Virus record (IMG/VR): IMGVR_UViG_3300036797_000126
Coordinates: 1-42,748 of that record
DNA: 42,748 bases
Reading direction: 5' to 3' (one strand)
From: a virus
Lineage: Duplodnaviria; Caudoviricetes
Below, one piece after another: positions 1-9,790 of this stretch. The notes under the pieces were generated by a model. The model saw nothing but the letters and a program-made list of their open reading frames with translations, was not told the DNA's origin and searched no databases. Each line of letters begins with the position of its first letter. Position 1 is the first letter of the stretch. A program made the position numbers and the translations under genes.

Positions 1-3000
1 ATGCTTGAGAAAATAGTAGAGTGGGTCGGAGGCCTAATTATTGTTTTAGTGAAGGCTTTTCTTGGTCCGGTTTATGCGACTTTAGATCCTCTTCCAGTCT
101 TAGTGTTTGGGGGAAATGGGACAGAAGGAAAAGGGACAAATTTAGATTTCTTATTTTCGGGAGATTCTCTAACCAAAGTATTAGACACAGGTATGCCTGT
201 CATGTTTAAGTTTGTTGCTTTTTGTGTCCTCATCAGTGTAGTGATTACGGCTGCAAAATATTCAGCGACAGCTATTAATCCGAATAATCGAACGGCATTA
301 ATAGAGTATGCGAAAGATTTAATGATTATCTCGATTTGTCTTTGGCATTTGGATTACTTCTATACTCTTATATTTGATATCAATTCGTGGGTAATAGTAG
401 AGTTCAGAGACGCTATCAATGGAGTAAGTGGTGGGAATTTTGACCCGGATAAGGGTACTGAATTTCTACAGCCTGGATTTGGTGGGGCTGGACTTACAAT
501 TACTGAGCTGAGTCTGAAGGGTCATGAAAAGGACTATATGTTTATTATATTTGGTTTGTTTATAGAAGCTGGTCTCATCGTCTGGGCAAACTTTTACTAT
601 TTAATGCGTGCGGTGTCACTATATGTCTTAATGTTAATGGGTCCTTTAATGGTAGGTATGTGGCTATTCCCACAAAAGAAACAACAGACATTATATTGGA
701 TACGTGAATTTATGGGGGCAGTGTTCATACAAGCGATTCATGCGATTACCTTATGGCTCATTATTTCTTTAATTGGATCAGCAAATAGTCCGTTACTCAA
801 ATTAATGTTACTTGCTATGTTTATCCCAATAGGTGAGATTGTGAAAAGTTTTATTGGTCTTAGCACCAATGCATCCGGTGGTATTCATAGAGCGGGTACG
901 ATGATGGGTATGGGTGCTTTAGCAAGTGTGGCTGGGCTGGTGAAAGGAATTCGCGATGACCACCGTAGTGCAAATGATAAGGGGAAAGAAAAGAAAGATG
1001 GAGAGCAAGATAAAAAAGAAGATGCTGATAACCCGAAAAATGCATTAGGAGCAAATTTAGGGACAGATGTAGGTACAACATCTCGTGCAGCTCGAATGTT
1101 AAAAGCAGGGCAAATTGGAAGTTCAATTGGCAAAGCGGCTGGTGGACTTGCAGGTATGGCAACAGGAGCTGGGCTTGGACCAGAAGGAATGGCAATAGGG
1201 ACATTGGCTGGCAGTAAAGCGGGCGGATTTACTGGTGCGGTTGCTGGAAGATCTGCTGCTACAGTAGGCGAAGGAGCTGTAGCCTTAGGAAAACATATTG
1301 GTTCAAGTGTGAAGAAGGGTACAGATACTTATAATGGGTTAAATAGTGAATCTTATCCAGAACTAACGGATGAAGATATTGCACAGGATTTAGCTACAAA
1401 AGATTTTGAATCTTGGAAAGCAGATAATTCGGATTCTGCAGTTGCTAGTCGATTAAAACAAGCATTCCCTGGTGCTTCTGATGCAGAGATTGCTAAAAAG
1501 GTAGCGAAAACAAATAGCGATCAAATGTCTCATTTCAAAAATCAGCGTAAACAAGATATGCAAAATATGAAGAAAAACGCTACACCCTATGGAAATGCTA
1601 GAGATTTAGTCAATGCTGCGACTAACGCATTCCAAAAGGGATATGAGACTGATCATAAAGACGCGTTTATGAGTCAACTGCCAGAAAATATGTCGGCGGA
1701 AGAAAAAGAGAAAAAATGGAACGGCCATCTTAATTCAAAAGTACAAGGGTTTAGAAATCATGCAGAACAAGCGGCAATAAAAGCGGGGGCTATGCCTGTT
1801 GATACATTGGCTTCTCAATTTGCACTTGGAAAAGCAGTTGAAGGGGTAAAGGGAGAAACACTAGAGGGTGGTCATCAAAACATGGGACAAGTAGACTCTC
1901 TTGTTGGGGCGTCCACTGCTGCATTTAAAAAGGCGTATGATGCAGATCATAAGGCTGGATTTATGAAGCAATTTTCTGCAGGTGTACCACAACAAGAAAA
2001 AGAGGCGGCATGGAACAAGCATTTGAGTCAGGAAGTCCAAGGATTTAAAAATCATGCACAGAAAGCTGCCGAACAAGCAGGGATTGTACAACAAAAAGAT
2101 GGGACTAGCTATGCCAATAAGGAAGCTTTTGCTTCTCAGTTATCACAACAATTACAAAGCAATCCAAATAAGCAAGGAAATAACTTGTTTGATAAGTCCT
2201 ATGTGAATAAAGATGCTTTTGCTTCTCAACTTGCATTAGGAAAAGTCGGAAAAGCAGTTGAAGGAGTAAAAGGAGAAACGTTAGAAAGTGGCCATCAAAA
2301 TATGGGACAAGTTGGTGCTCTTGTCGGTGCTTCTACTGCTGCATTTAAAAAGGCGTATAGTGCAGATCATAAGGCTGGATTCATGAAGCAATTTCCTGCA
2401 GATGTACCACAACAAGAAAAAGAAGCGGCATGGAACAAGCATGTAGGCCACAAAGTACAAGGGTTCGAAAATCATGCCCAAAAAGCTGCGGAGCAAGCAG
2501 GTATTGTTCAGCAAAAAGATGGAACAAAATTTGCGAATAAGGAAGCATTCGCTTCTCATTTATCACAACAGTTACAAAATAATCCAAACTTAAATGCAAT
2601 GGGTGTATCCAGTACTGCGGGCATTCAAAAGGCAGTCAATGGCGTGAAAACACATGGTTTGACAAGTGGATATGGAAGCCAGAATGCAAAACAAGTAAGT
2701 AATGTTGGGAACCTGGTACAAGCTTCTACGGAATCCTTTAAACAAGGGTATGCAGGGGAGAACAGGGCAAACTTTATGAAAAACTTGTCTCCAACCATGG
2801 CTCAACCGCAAAAAGAGCAAGCTTGGCAGACACATCTAAACCAAAAAGGAAGTGAATTTAAAGCAGTAGCCCAGCAAGCAGCAGTACAAACTGGAGCGAT
2901 GCCAGTACAAGCAAAAGATACGAGTGGTAAGAGTCTACATTCCCAGTCGTATATCAATAAGGATGCTTTTGCTTCGCAATTAACGAAAGGTTTACAGAGT

Positions 3001-4395
3001 CATGCAACCCTTGGGACAGTGAGCCAACAAGTAAGCTCTGGGATTACAAGTTCTATTCAAGGAGTTAGATCACACGGTGTTGCTGCAGGTGGTGCAATCA
3101 ATAAAGCTGTGTATGCAGCTACACAAACACAAGCGAGTATGGCGAGTGCAGGAAATCTTTCCGTTGCTGAAATTCAACGTTCGTATGCAGATGCGTCTGC
3201 AGGTGTAGCAAGTATTTCACAAAGTGCTGGCAAAATGTCTATCCCCACTTTAGCTGTGGGACGTATGACACAGCAAAGTACGAAGATTGGCATGAGTGTG
3301 ATGGAAGGTGTCAAACATTTTATGCCTACAAATGCACTAGAGAATGTTTCAAAAGCATACTTTAATGCGTCAGATGCTGTTCAGCAAGCTGGTGGAAATG
3401 CAGTACAAAAAGCGATAAGTGGAAGTGCAGCCGCTGTTCATACTTCATTAGGAGGTAACGCGGCAGAACGTCATTATAATGTCACGAAAGGACTAAGCTA
3501 TGCAGCGGGCGTTATTGGTGGTGCAGGTGCTTACCAAGCAACTTCACGTATGGTAAGTAAGTATAATCCGTATAACAAAGCTGTTCAAACAGAAGCAAAA
3601 GAAATTCAAGAGATTCAGAGGATGGTACCAACAACAACAGACCATACGGGAACGCAATCTGTTGCCAAAGGTGCTGTACGTTTAGTTACGACGAATAACA
3701 AGTCATGGATTGAAGCAAAAGATTCCAGTGGGATGACACAAGTTGTATCTCGTTATGGCAGTGGTGATAGTAGTATCCGTTCTGGACAGGTCGTATACCA
3801 AGATTTAAATATTGCAGACGGGCAGTTGACACAGTACCGAAATGGTATGAAAGCTTCACCAGCGTATATACAAGATTCAAGTGGTGGGAAAATTAGTATA
3901 AATCGCTCGATTAATGCAAATCCAAATCAATTGGTAGGAAATCAAAATCCAAGACCATTACAACAAAAACCAGCAATGAGCGAACCGCCAATCACTGTGA
4001 ATCATAAAGTAGACAATGGGAACTTCTACATGTCCGATTTAGACCAGGGTGGATATAAGAATGTACAAATGGTCGTAGAAAGAGACCGTAGTTATATGGT
4101 TGCTACCACAACAGATGGTACGGTTTCACGTATTTCACCATTCGGAAAGGGAGATACACGCCTACAGGCAAACCAAAGGATTGAAAGAGTTTGTGATGTG
4201 AAAGATAGCAGTATTAAACCAAGAGAAGAAATCTTGGTTACACACACACAAGACGAAACTGTGCGCGCAGAGACACACCTAAATTTATCAGAACATGACC
4301 CGCAAAATCTGATTCCATTTGCACCAAACCCGCGTTTGGCACAGCGAAAAAGACGAAATCATGAGCATGGAAAGTATGGTGTGACAAGTCTATGA
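1..4395 (+). CDS. Large VirB6/TrbL-like conjugation membrane protein with long repetitive C-terminal region (pXO1-79-like)
   Basis: 1464-aa ORF. Multiple TM segments in the first ~290 aa, a Gly/Ala-rich linker and four internal repeats; it overlaps (ATGA) a cell-wall hydrolase gene, as in Gram-positive T4SS loci. It starts at the window edge, so the true start is unverified. Confidence 0.7.
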   Translation: MLEKIVEWVGGLIIVLVKAFLGPVYATLDPLPVLVFGGNGTEGKGTNLDFLFSGDSLTKVLDTGMPVMFKFVAFCVLISVVITAAKYSATAINPNNRTALIEYAKDLMIISICLWHLDYFYTLIFDINSWVIVEFRDAINGVSGGNFDPDKGTEFLQPGFGGAGLTITELSLKGHEKDYMFIIFGLFIEAGLIVWANFYYLMRAVSLYVLMLMGPLMVGMWLFPQKKQQTLYWIREFMGAVFIQAIHAITLWLIISLIGSANSPLLKLMLLAMFIPIGEIVKSFIGLSTNASGGIHRAGTMMGMGALASVAGLVKGIRDDHRSANDKGKEKKDGEQDKKEDADNPKNALGANLGTDVGTTSRAARMLKAGQIGSSIGKAAGGLAGMATGAGLGPEGMAIGTLAGSKAGGFTGAVAGRSAATVGEGAVALGKHIGSSVKKGTDTYNGLNSESYPELTDEDIAQDLATKDFESWKADNSDSAVASRLKQAFPGASDAEIAKKVAKTNSDQMSHFKNQRKQDMQNMKKNATPYGNARDLVNAATNAFQKGYETDHKDAFMSQLPENMSAEEKEKKWNGHLNSKVQGFRNHAEQAAIKAGAMPVDTLASQFALGKAVEGVKGETLEGGHQNMGQVDSLVGASTAAFKKAYDADHKAGFMKQFSAGVPQQEKEAAWNKHLSQEVQGFKNHAQKAAEQAGIVQQKDGTSYANKEAFASQLSQQLQSNPNKQGNNLFDKSYVNKDAFASQLALGKVGKAVEGVKGETLESGHQNMGQVGALVGASTAAFKKAYSADHKAGFMKQFPADVPQQEKEAAWNKHVGHKVQGFENHAQKAAEQAGIVQQKDGTKFANKEAFASHLSQQLQNNPNLNAMGVSSTAGIQKAVNGVKTHGLTSGYGSQNAKQVSNVGNLVQASTESFKQGYAGENRANFMKNLSPTMAQPQKEQAWQTHLNQKGSEFKAVAQQAAVQTGAMPVQAKDTSGKSLHSQSYINKDAFASQLTKGLQSHATLGTVSQQVSSGITSSIQGVRSHGVAAGGAINKAVYAATQTQASMASAGNLSVAEIQRSYADASAGVASISQSAGKMSIPTLAVGRMTQQSTKIGMSVMEGVKHFMPTNALENVSKAYFNASDAVQQAGGNAVQKAISGSAAAVHTSLGGNAAERHYNVTKGLSYAAGVIGGAGAYQATSRMVSKYNPYNKAVQTEAKEIQEIQRMVPTTTDHTGTQSVAKGAVRLVTTNNKSWIEAKDSSGMTQVVSRYGSGDSSIRSGQVVYQDLNIADGQLTQYRNGMKASPAYIQDSSGGKISINRSINANPNQLVGNQNPRPLQQKPAMSEPPITVNHKVDNGNFYMSDLDQGGYKNVQMVVERDRSYMVATTTDGTVSRISPFGKGDTRLQANQRIERVCDVKDSSIKPREEILVTHTQDETVRAETHLNLSEHDPQNLIPFAPNPRLAQRKRRNHEHGKYGVTSL
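1828..2587 (+). repeat. In-frame tandem duplication with 420-bp period inside the VirB6-like gene
   Basis: ggaaaagcagttgaagg at 1828 and 2248; GKAVEGVKGETLE..HQNMGQV...QQLQ.NPN repeated nearly identically; two more diverged copies at ~1590-1800 and ~2690-2990. Confidence 0.9.
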
Positions 4396-6602
4396 GTCAG
4401 AACCCAAACGATCCAAATGAACAGAAAAAAAGCAATCCCTTAAAAGATGTAGCGTCTCACTTTATCAAGAAAAAAGGGATGCAAGCTCGCGGGAAAATGG
4501 CAAAATTGGCAGGAAAAGCAGGAAGGGCGGCAGCGAAAGCTGCTGCCAAACTGCTAAAAAAGGCAACACTTAAAATTGTAGGGTCAATATTAGCCGCGGT
4601 TGGATTACCTGCAGCTATCATTATGTCGTTGATTATTGTGGTGTGTGTCATTTTAGCATCATTTGTACCGTTTACAAAAGATGAAAGTAAAACAGAAGAA
4701 CAAGTAAAAAAGTATATGGAAGTTTCAATGGCTCTAAATGTGGATTGGAAAGAGATTGTTGCTTTTGACATGGCACGGTATGATAATGATCTCACCGGTA
4801 AAGATCCACATGATGCGATTTCATATTTTTTGGATATCCAATATGAAGAATATACGGAAAAAGAGGTATGTGAGGCAGGACCAAACGGTCCTTGTGAAAA
4901 AAAGAAAAAGGAGATGCAAAAAACAAAATCTGAGAGTTACTCCGGACCAGATGTAAAAAAGATTTTAGGAGATACAGATTTTAAGAAAAAAACAGATGAG
5001 ATTAATGCTAGTGGTAGTAAAAAGGTGACAACCTCTTCTCATGGGCTAGAGAAAGCGATGGAACTTGCAAAATTTAGTGAGAGTCAAAAAGATCGTGCGC
5101 GTGAGATATTAGCTGCAGGGATGTTAGAGGGAATGTATGGACATCTAGCCCCAACTGGTGGATTTATCGGGGGCATGTGCGTAGGTTCTGTTAGTCCTGG
5201 TGGAGAGCCTGTTAATATCAATGAAAAAGTAACAGGTTATCTTCCAAAAATTAAAGAGATGGCAGAAAAACATGGTGTCGCTGAATATGTTGGTATTCTG
5301 GCAGCTCAAATGATGCAGGAATCAGCTGGAGCAGGTAATGACCCGATGCAAGCATCAGAGGGACATTATGGAGACTTGAGTCCATCTTGTATAGGTGTAA
5401 AAGGAAATGCTCGAATGGGGTGTATTACAGATCCGAATATTTCTATTGAAGCAGGAGTACAGGAATTTAAAGATGTGCTAGGACAAGCGAATGGTGACGT
5501 CGCTCTCGCCTTACAGTCATATAATTTTGGGAGTGGTTTTATTAGTTATGCTTTAGCAAAGGGTGGCTATTCAGAGGAAACAGCCATTGAGTTCTCAAGA
5601 AGTAAAAATCACTTAAACCCAGCTGGTTGCTCCGATCCGAATAACTTCCGAACCAAGGTAAATGCGTGTTATGGGGATTATACGTATGTTACCAAAGTTT
5701 TGAAATATTACAAAGATTTAGGTTGCGTGGCTTCTGGAGATGGAGAATGGATTTCTGATAAAGGTTGGAAATGGCCAACGAAATCAGGGCGTATTACAGA
5801 TACGTTTGATGCGGTTCGTGGTGGAAAACAACATAACGCTGTAGATATTGGGGCCATGACCGCCGGAAAACCTGGAGACCCTGTGTGGTCGATGGAAGTT
5901 GGTATTGTAACGAACCAAACAGGAAATGTAAATGGTGGTGGTTTAGGTGTTTATGTAGACCATGGAAATGGCATTGTATCTCGCTACTTACACTTGAGTA
6001 AAATATCAGTTGCACCAGGAACCATGGTAACAAAAGGACAAATCATTGGGGAGATGGGCGGTTCTAACTATAATAAAGATACTGGTTTACTTAATATGAA
6101 TGGATACGCTGTCCATTTAGACTTCCAAATTCGTATTAATGACCAACCAACAGATCCGATGAAATTCTTTAAGAAAAATGATGATCCAGGATTATCATCT
6201 GGTGGTTCTCCTGTTATGATGAATGACAAACGACAAAAAGTATTAGCGGAAGCCAAAAAGTGGGTTGGGCAAGGAAAAGTCAGATATGTATTAGGGAATC
6301 GTAATCCACCGGGTGGCACTTCAGATTGCTCTGGATTTACGCAGTATGTCTTTAGAACAAGTGTAGGTGTGCAACTTGGAGATTGGACAGGTGCTCAAGT
6401 TGGACAAGGTAAACAAGTACCAGACATCAATCATGCACAACCAGGAGACCTCATCTTCTATGAAAACCCAGGACACGTTGCAATTTATATGGGGAATCAG
6501 AAAATGATTCATATTGGTGATGATAAGGGTGTACAAATTACAGGTCTAAACTATACGGCAAGAGGACAACATATGACTCAAATTCGTAATGTTATAGACT
6601 GA
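4392..6602 (+). CDS. Conjugative peptidoglycan hydrolase (VirB1-like): N-terminal TM anchor, lysozyme-like domain, M23 peptidase domain, NlpC/P60 domain
   Basis: Motifs AQMMQES..GNDPMQASE and ALQSYNFG (lysozyme-like); HNAVD...YLHL...HLDF (M23); DCSGF...GHV (NlpC/P60). Confidence 0.85.
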   Translation: MSQNPNDPNEQKKSNPLKDVASHFIKKKGMQARGKMAKLAGKAGRAAAKAAAKLLKKATLKIVGSILAAVGLPAAIIMSLIIVVCVILASFVPFTKDESKTEEQVKKYMEVSMALNVDWKEIVAFDMARYDNDLTGKDPHDAISYFLDIQYEEYTEKEVCEAGPNGPCEKKKKEMQKTKSESYSGPDVKKILGDTDFKKKTDEINASGSKKVTTSSHGLEKAMELAKFSESQKDRAREILAAGMLEGMYGHLAPTGGFIGGMCVGSVSPGGEPVNINEKVTGYLPKIKEMAEKHGVAEYVGILAAQMMQESAGAGNDPMQASEGHYGDLSPSCIGVKGNARMGCITDPNISIEAGVQEFKDVLGQANGDVALALQSYNFGSGFISYALAKGGYSEETAIEFSRSKNHLNPAGCSDPNNFRTKVNACYGDYTYVTKVLKYYKDLGCVASGDGEWISDKGWKWPTKSGRITDTFDAVRGGKQHNAVDIGAMTAGKPGDPVWSMEVGIVTNQTGNVNGGGLGVYVDHGNGIVSRYLHLSKISVAPGTMVTKGQIIGEMGGSNYNKDTGLLNMNGYAVHLDFQIRINDQPTDPMKFFKKNDDPGLSSGGSPVMMNDKRQKVLAEAKKWVGQGKVRYVLGNRNPPGGTSDCSGFTQYVFRTSVGVQLGDWTGAQVGQGKQVPDINHAQPGDLIFYENPGHVAIYMGNQKMIHIGDDKGVQITGLNYTARGQHMTQIRNVID

Positions 6603-6618
6603 TAAGGGATGAGAGAAG

Positions 6619-7194
6619 ATGAAGAAAGTAATCAATACTTTGTCCAATATGCCTCGTAAGTACTTGGTGGTATTGGGGGTCATAGTTTTAGTGCTAGGTG
6701 TAGCTACCTATAATACCATTCATTGTTACATGATGAAATCACAAGTACAAGAGGAAGAACAAGTAAATCAAGATGAAATAGAGATGCTTGGAGATAAGCC
6801 AAAGGGATTTGATACAAAAGAAGAGGAATATATCGCGAAAACAAAAACAGTAGAAGACTTACTACGAAAAATATCTTCCAGCAGTTATGATGTGCCATAT
6901 TTGTTTACAAAGGCTGGATTTGGTATTGAGCCAATGAAAATGACAAGTAATGAGCGCATGCTTGCTACAGAAGCTGTACAACGATATTTCCTGCATGGAG
7001 ATAAATTCTATAATGCTCGTATTACAAAAATAGAACGCGGAAAAAAAGTAGATACGTACCACATTGAAGTTCAAATTCAACAAGTGAATTTCCTTGAACC
7101 ACGTCAATTTAAAGTGCAAGTAAATCAATATGCACAAATTGTAACACCAATTGAACAAATTCCGCACGGACAAGAAGAAGTACCAGTGGATTAA
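6619..7194 (+). CDS. Membrane-anchored hypothetical protein (plasmid transfer region)
   Basis: 191-aa ORF with one N-terminal TM helix, directly after the hydrolase gene. Confidence 0.7.
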   Translation: MKKVINTLSNMPRKYLVVLGVIVLVLGVATYNTIHCYMMKSQVQEEEQVNQDEIEMLGDKPKGFDTKEEEYIAKTKTVEDLLRKISSSSYDVPYLFTKAGFGIEPMKMTSNERMLATEAVQRYFLHGDKFYNARITKIERGKKVDTYHIEVQIQQVNFLEPRQFKVQVNQYAQIVTPIEQIPHGQEEVPVD

Positions 7195-7362
7195 GAGGAA
7201 AATGAGGGTTGTGGAAGAAAAAACACACCCCTTTCTAAAAAAAATAAAGAGTACCCTAAAAGTATTTATTGAATATTCATAATTTTCCGATATAACAAAA
7301 CCATAGCTAAATGAAATCTATATATATAACTGATTTGAAATAGATATGGAGGAAAGAAAAAA

Positions 7363-7746
7363 ATGAGAATGTTATTTGGACCAGCAGCAAACTTTTTTGC
7401 AGGATATTCTTCTGGAAGGGGATCAGGATTTTTAGGGACATTATTCGGATGGGCTTTGTTTTTGGGTGGAGGATATCTATTAGTAGAACATTGGGATGCT
7501 ATCACGGTTTGGATGCATAGTTTAAATATAGTGCGAGGATTAGACGGTTATGAAGACATGAGCAACGGGTTCATCTTTGTATGCTTGGTAGTAAGTGCTT
7601 TTATCTTTATGCTGTTGTTACCTATTTTCGTAATTGTATTGATAGTAGGTTTAATATTCATGAATATTGTAGTTTGTACGCTTGTATTGTTAACATCACC
7701 AAGTACATACACGAAAAAGAAAAATGAGGAGAGTGAATGGGAATGA
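7363..7746 (+). CDS. Small integral membrane hypothetical protein
   Basis: GGAGG RBS at ~7348; 2-3 hydrophobic segments. Confidence 0.7.
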
Positions 7747-8042
7747 GTACAATTTTAGTTTTGGGTGGATCAAATGGAAGGACGTTAGAAAAATTGGCGA
7801 AAAAAAGAGATTGTCAGGTGATTTTTCATGATGGAAAGAATCATGGTGGCGTAAAGAAGACTTTTCGTAGTGTCATTAAAAAATGTGATGTCATTGTCGT
7901 GCAGAAAGGTGCATGTGGCCATGTATCTATTGATGTAGCAAAGGAATACGCAAAGAAGTATGATGTTCCACTTTTGTTTAATCAAGGATTTGGTGGAACG
8001 GGTGCGTTAGAAATAGGTTTAAAGCACCTGCAAGCGGCTTGA
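7743..8042 (+). CDS. DUF2325-like small flavodoxin-fold protein
   Basis: ILVLGG...DVIVV....CGH....AK..AKK..VP pattern; GAGGAG RBS; start at 7737 or 7743. Confidence 0.7.
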
Positions 8043-8119
8043 TTTTAGTAGGTAGTTCGAGAGAATTGTTTGGACTTTTAATCACTTAATCAATATATAT
8101 AATTGAAACAAAAGTAGAT

Positions 8120-8147
8120 TTGCAACGTCAATGTATCAGATTATAAT
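8120..8147 (+). promoter_or_regulatory. Candidate sigA promoter upstream of the small-ORF array
   Basis: TTGCAA (8120-8125)-N16-TATAAT (8142-8147). Confidence 0.5.
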
Positions 8148-8268
8148 TCTAACGAAAAGCTTCACTATTCTTAGCTGTAAATTGGATTACAAAAGGTGTA
8201 CTGACAGCATGTATATGAAATCGTTATTGTAATAAATTTTGAATTTTAGTAAAAAGAGAGAGATTGAA

Positions 8269-8454
8269 ATGATTGAAACGATAATAATAAAATGGTATTG
8301 CAAACATTGCGATTCTTTTAACCGTACAGAGGTACGTGCAAAAGGTAACGTTAACGATGAACATTATCATGGCTTTTGCAAAAAATGTAATGAACAACAT
8401 TATGTAGTTATGTCAGTTCAATTAGAAGCAATGCAACCTATAGAAGAAAACTAA
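8269..8454 (+). CDS. Small zinc-ribbon protein
   Basis: CKHC...CKKC. ATG 8269 after a purine-rich RBS is preferred to the TTG at 8239. Confidence 0.7.
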   Translation: MIETIIIKWYCKHCDSFNRTEVRAKGNVNDEHYHGFCKKCNEQHYVVMSVQLEAMQPIEEN

Positions 8455-8496
8455 ACCAAAGCGTTATTTGGTATAAGAATCTTTACAATTATACGC

Positions 8497-8597
8497 AAAA
8501 ACGGCAGGAAACCGATTAAGGTACCTGCTACGTTCTTGTGCAAATTGAAGGAGCACTCACCGATTTGAAAGAGTGCAGCCGGTGGGAGGTCGGCTTG
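8497..8597 (-). ncRNA. Candidate sigG-dependent small RNA
   Basis: Promoter at 8630-8602; hairpin with ACCUCCCAC loop (8577-8595); second hairpin GCACTC/GAGTGC; terminator hairpin plus U-run (8497-8528); no ORF. Confidence 0.55.
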
Positions 8598-8601
8598 CAG
8601 G

Positions 8602-8630
8602 TAGTATGTGCAATATAAAAAAGATTATTC
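8602..8630 (-). promoter_or_regulatory. sigG-type (late forespore) promoter
   Basis: Minus strand GAATA-N17-CATACTA, matching the Bacillus sigG consensus GNATA-N17/18-CATACTA. Confidence 0.65.
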
Positions 8631-8647
8631 GAAAAGGGGAATGAGAG

Positions 8648-9031
8648 ATGGACAAGCAAAAACGAATTGAAATCGTAAACTCACTTATTAACTACTTAGC
8701 GGATCATGGGGAAGGGCTATTCCGCTATGGAGATGAAACGGCTCATTTTAAACATGATGGTAGAAACCTGTGGTTTGTGGATCATTATTCGAATGTTGCT
8801 ATGCGAATGACAAGAAGTTCTTATAAAAACAAGAAACAAGAAAGATACTTCTCAAGCGGAGGAACAATGTGGGCATTAATTAGAAATTTTACGGATTTCA
8901 TTTATGGTGACGATAACTCCAATGGTAATAACGGATATGGCGGTTTGCACTGTACTCATTGGGGATGGACAAAGGAAGAAATGGAGAATATGCGTGTTCA
9001 TGCGAGAGAAATAGGATATTTAAAATCTTAA
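8648..9031 (+). CDS. Hypothetical protein (phage/plasmid accessory)
   Basis: 127-aa ORF with AAGGGG RBS; stop codon overlaps a repeat site. Confidence 0.8.
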   Translation: MDKQKRIEIVNSLINYLADHGEGLFRYGDETAHFKHDGRNLWFVDHYSNVAMRMTRSSYKNKKQERYFSSGGTMWALIRNFTDFIYGDDNSNGNNGYGGLHCTHWGWTKEEMENMRVHAREIGYLKS

Positions 9032-9067
9032 TAAAATAGTTATTAGGTAGAAGGTGGAAGATAAAAA

Positions 9068-9286
9068 ATGAACGCAATGGATTTTTTGAGAATATCGCCA
9101 CTTATTAACGACTGTCCGAATTGTGGTAATCAATTTGTTGGTAATGGTCAAGGTACATTAGAAGTTGATGACAATATAGTCAAACGTACTTGTAAGTGTG
9201 GATTTAATTTTGAATACAACGTTAACAACGGAGTAAGTAAAAAGAAAATTAAACAAGTGATTGATGAAGCATTAGAAAAAATGTAA
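9068..9286 (+). CDS. DUF3797-like zinc-binding protein
   Basis: CPNCGN..VGNG.G.L......KRTCKCG pattern. Confidence 0.7.
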   Translation: MNAMDFLRISPLINDCPNCGNQFVGNGQGTLEVDDNIVKRTCKCGFNFEYNVNNGVSKKKIKQVIDEALEKM

Positions 9287-9303
9287 CAAAATCCTTATTG
9301 TAC

Positions 9304-9398
9304 AAAAAAAAGGCCAGGATTTCTTCTGGCACTCAATAAAAGGTTACGTCGCATGGGAAATAAGAAAAGATAATAAGCGGACTTACTCGCTTATTTCA
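9304..9398 (-). ncRNA. Candidate small RNA
   Basis: TATACT -10 (9404-9409, minus strand); 5' hairpin (9372-9395); pyrimidine-rich UUCCCAU stretch; terminator GCCAG..CTGGC plus U8 (9304-9330); no ORF; -35 not clear. Confidence 0.45.
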
Positions 9399-9519
9399 AA
9401 TGTAGTATATAACTTTTTTTGTACAAATAGTGAGAATAACAGCAATGTTTACAAGTGTTTAACGTAGGTATGAAGATTTTGATAAATAATAAAATCGTTG
9501 TTTGAAAGGGTAATAGAAA

Positions 9520-9684
9520 ATGAATAAGTCAGGATATGCAATTGAATGTATAGAGTGTGGATCACGTGAAATCAAGAAGAGCGAACCTAAGAACAGTATA
9601 AATGTGAAAACAATGTCAGAAGTGACATTTCGAATTTTAGAATGTAAAAATTGCAGATACAAAGAACGTGAAAACATCAACTGA
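9520..9684 (+). CDS. 54-aa zinc-ribbon protein (below the ORF-track cutoff)
   Basis: MNKSGYAIECIECGSREIKK...LECKNCRYKERENIN*; AAAGGG RBS; flanked by repeat sites 9487 and 9690. Confidence 0.7.
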   Translation: MNKSGYAIECIECGSREIKKSEPKNSINVKTMSEVTFRILECKNCRYKERENIN

Positions 9685-9716
9685 TTTCAAAACAAAATCG
9701 TTATTTTATCTTAAAT

Positions 9717-9787
9717 AAAAAAGAGCACACATATAAGTGTGCCCTCAAATGAGAAAGGTAGAATGCTATGAATGGAAAGCTTCCATA
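9717..9787 (-). ncRNA. Candidate sigK-dependent small RNA
   Basis: Promoter at 9818-9791; pyrimidine-rich CUACCUUUCUC stretch; terminator GAGGGCACAC-TTATAT-GTGTGCTCTTTTTT (9717-9746). Confidence 0.5.
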
Positions 9788-9790
9788 CAA

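Noticed and set aside
9459-9680. 73-aa minus-strand ORF
   Set aside because: Shadow of the better-supported plus-strand zinc-ribbon ORF 9520-9684.
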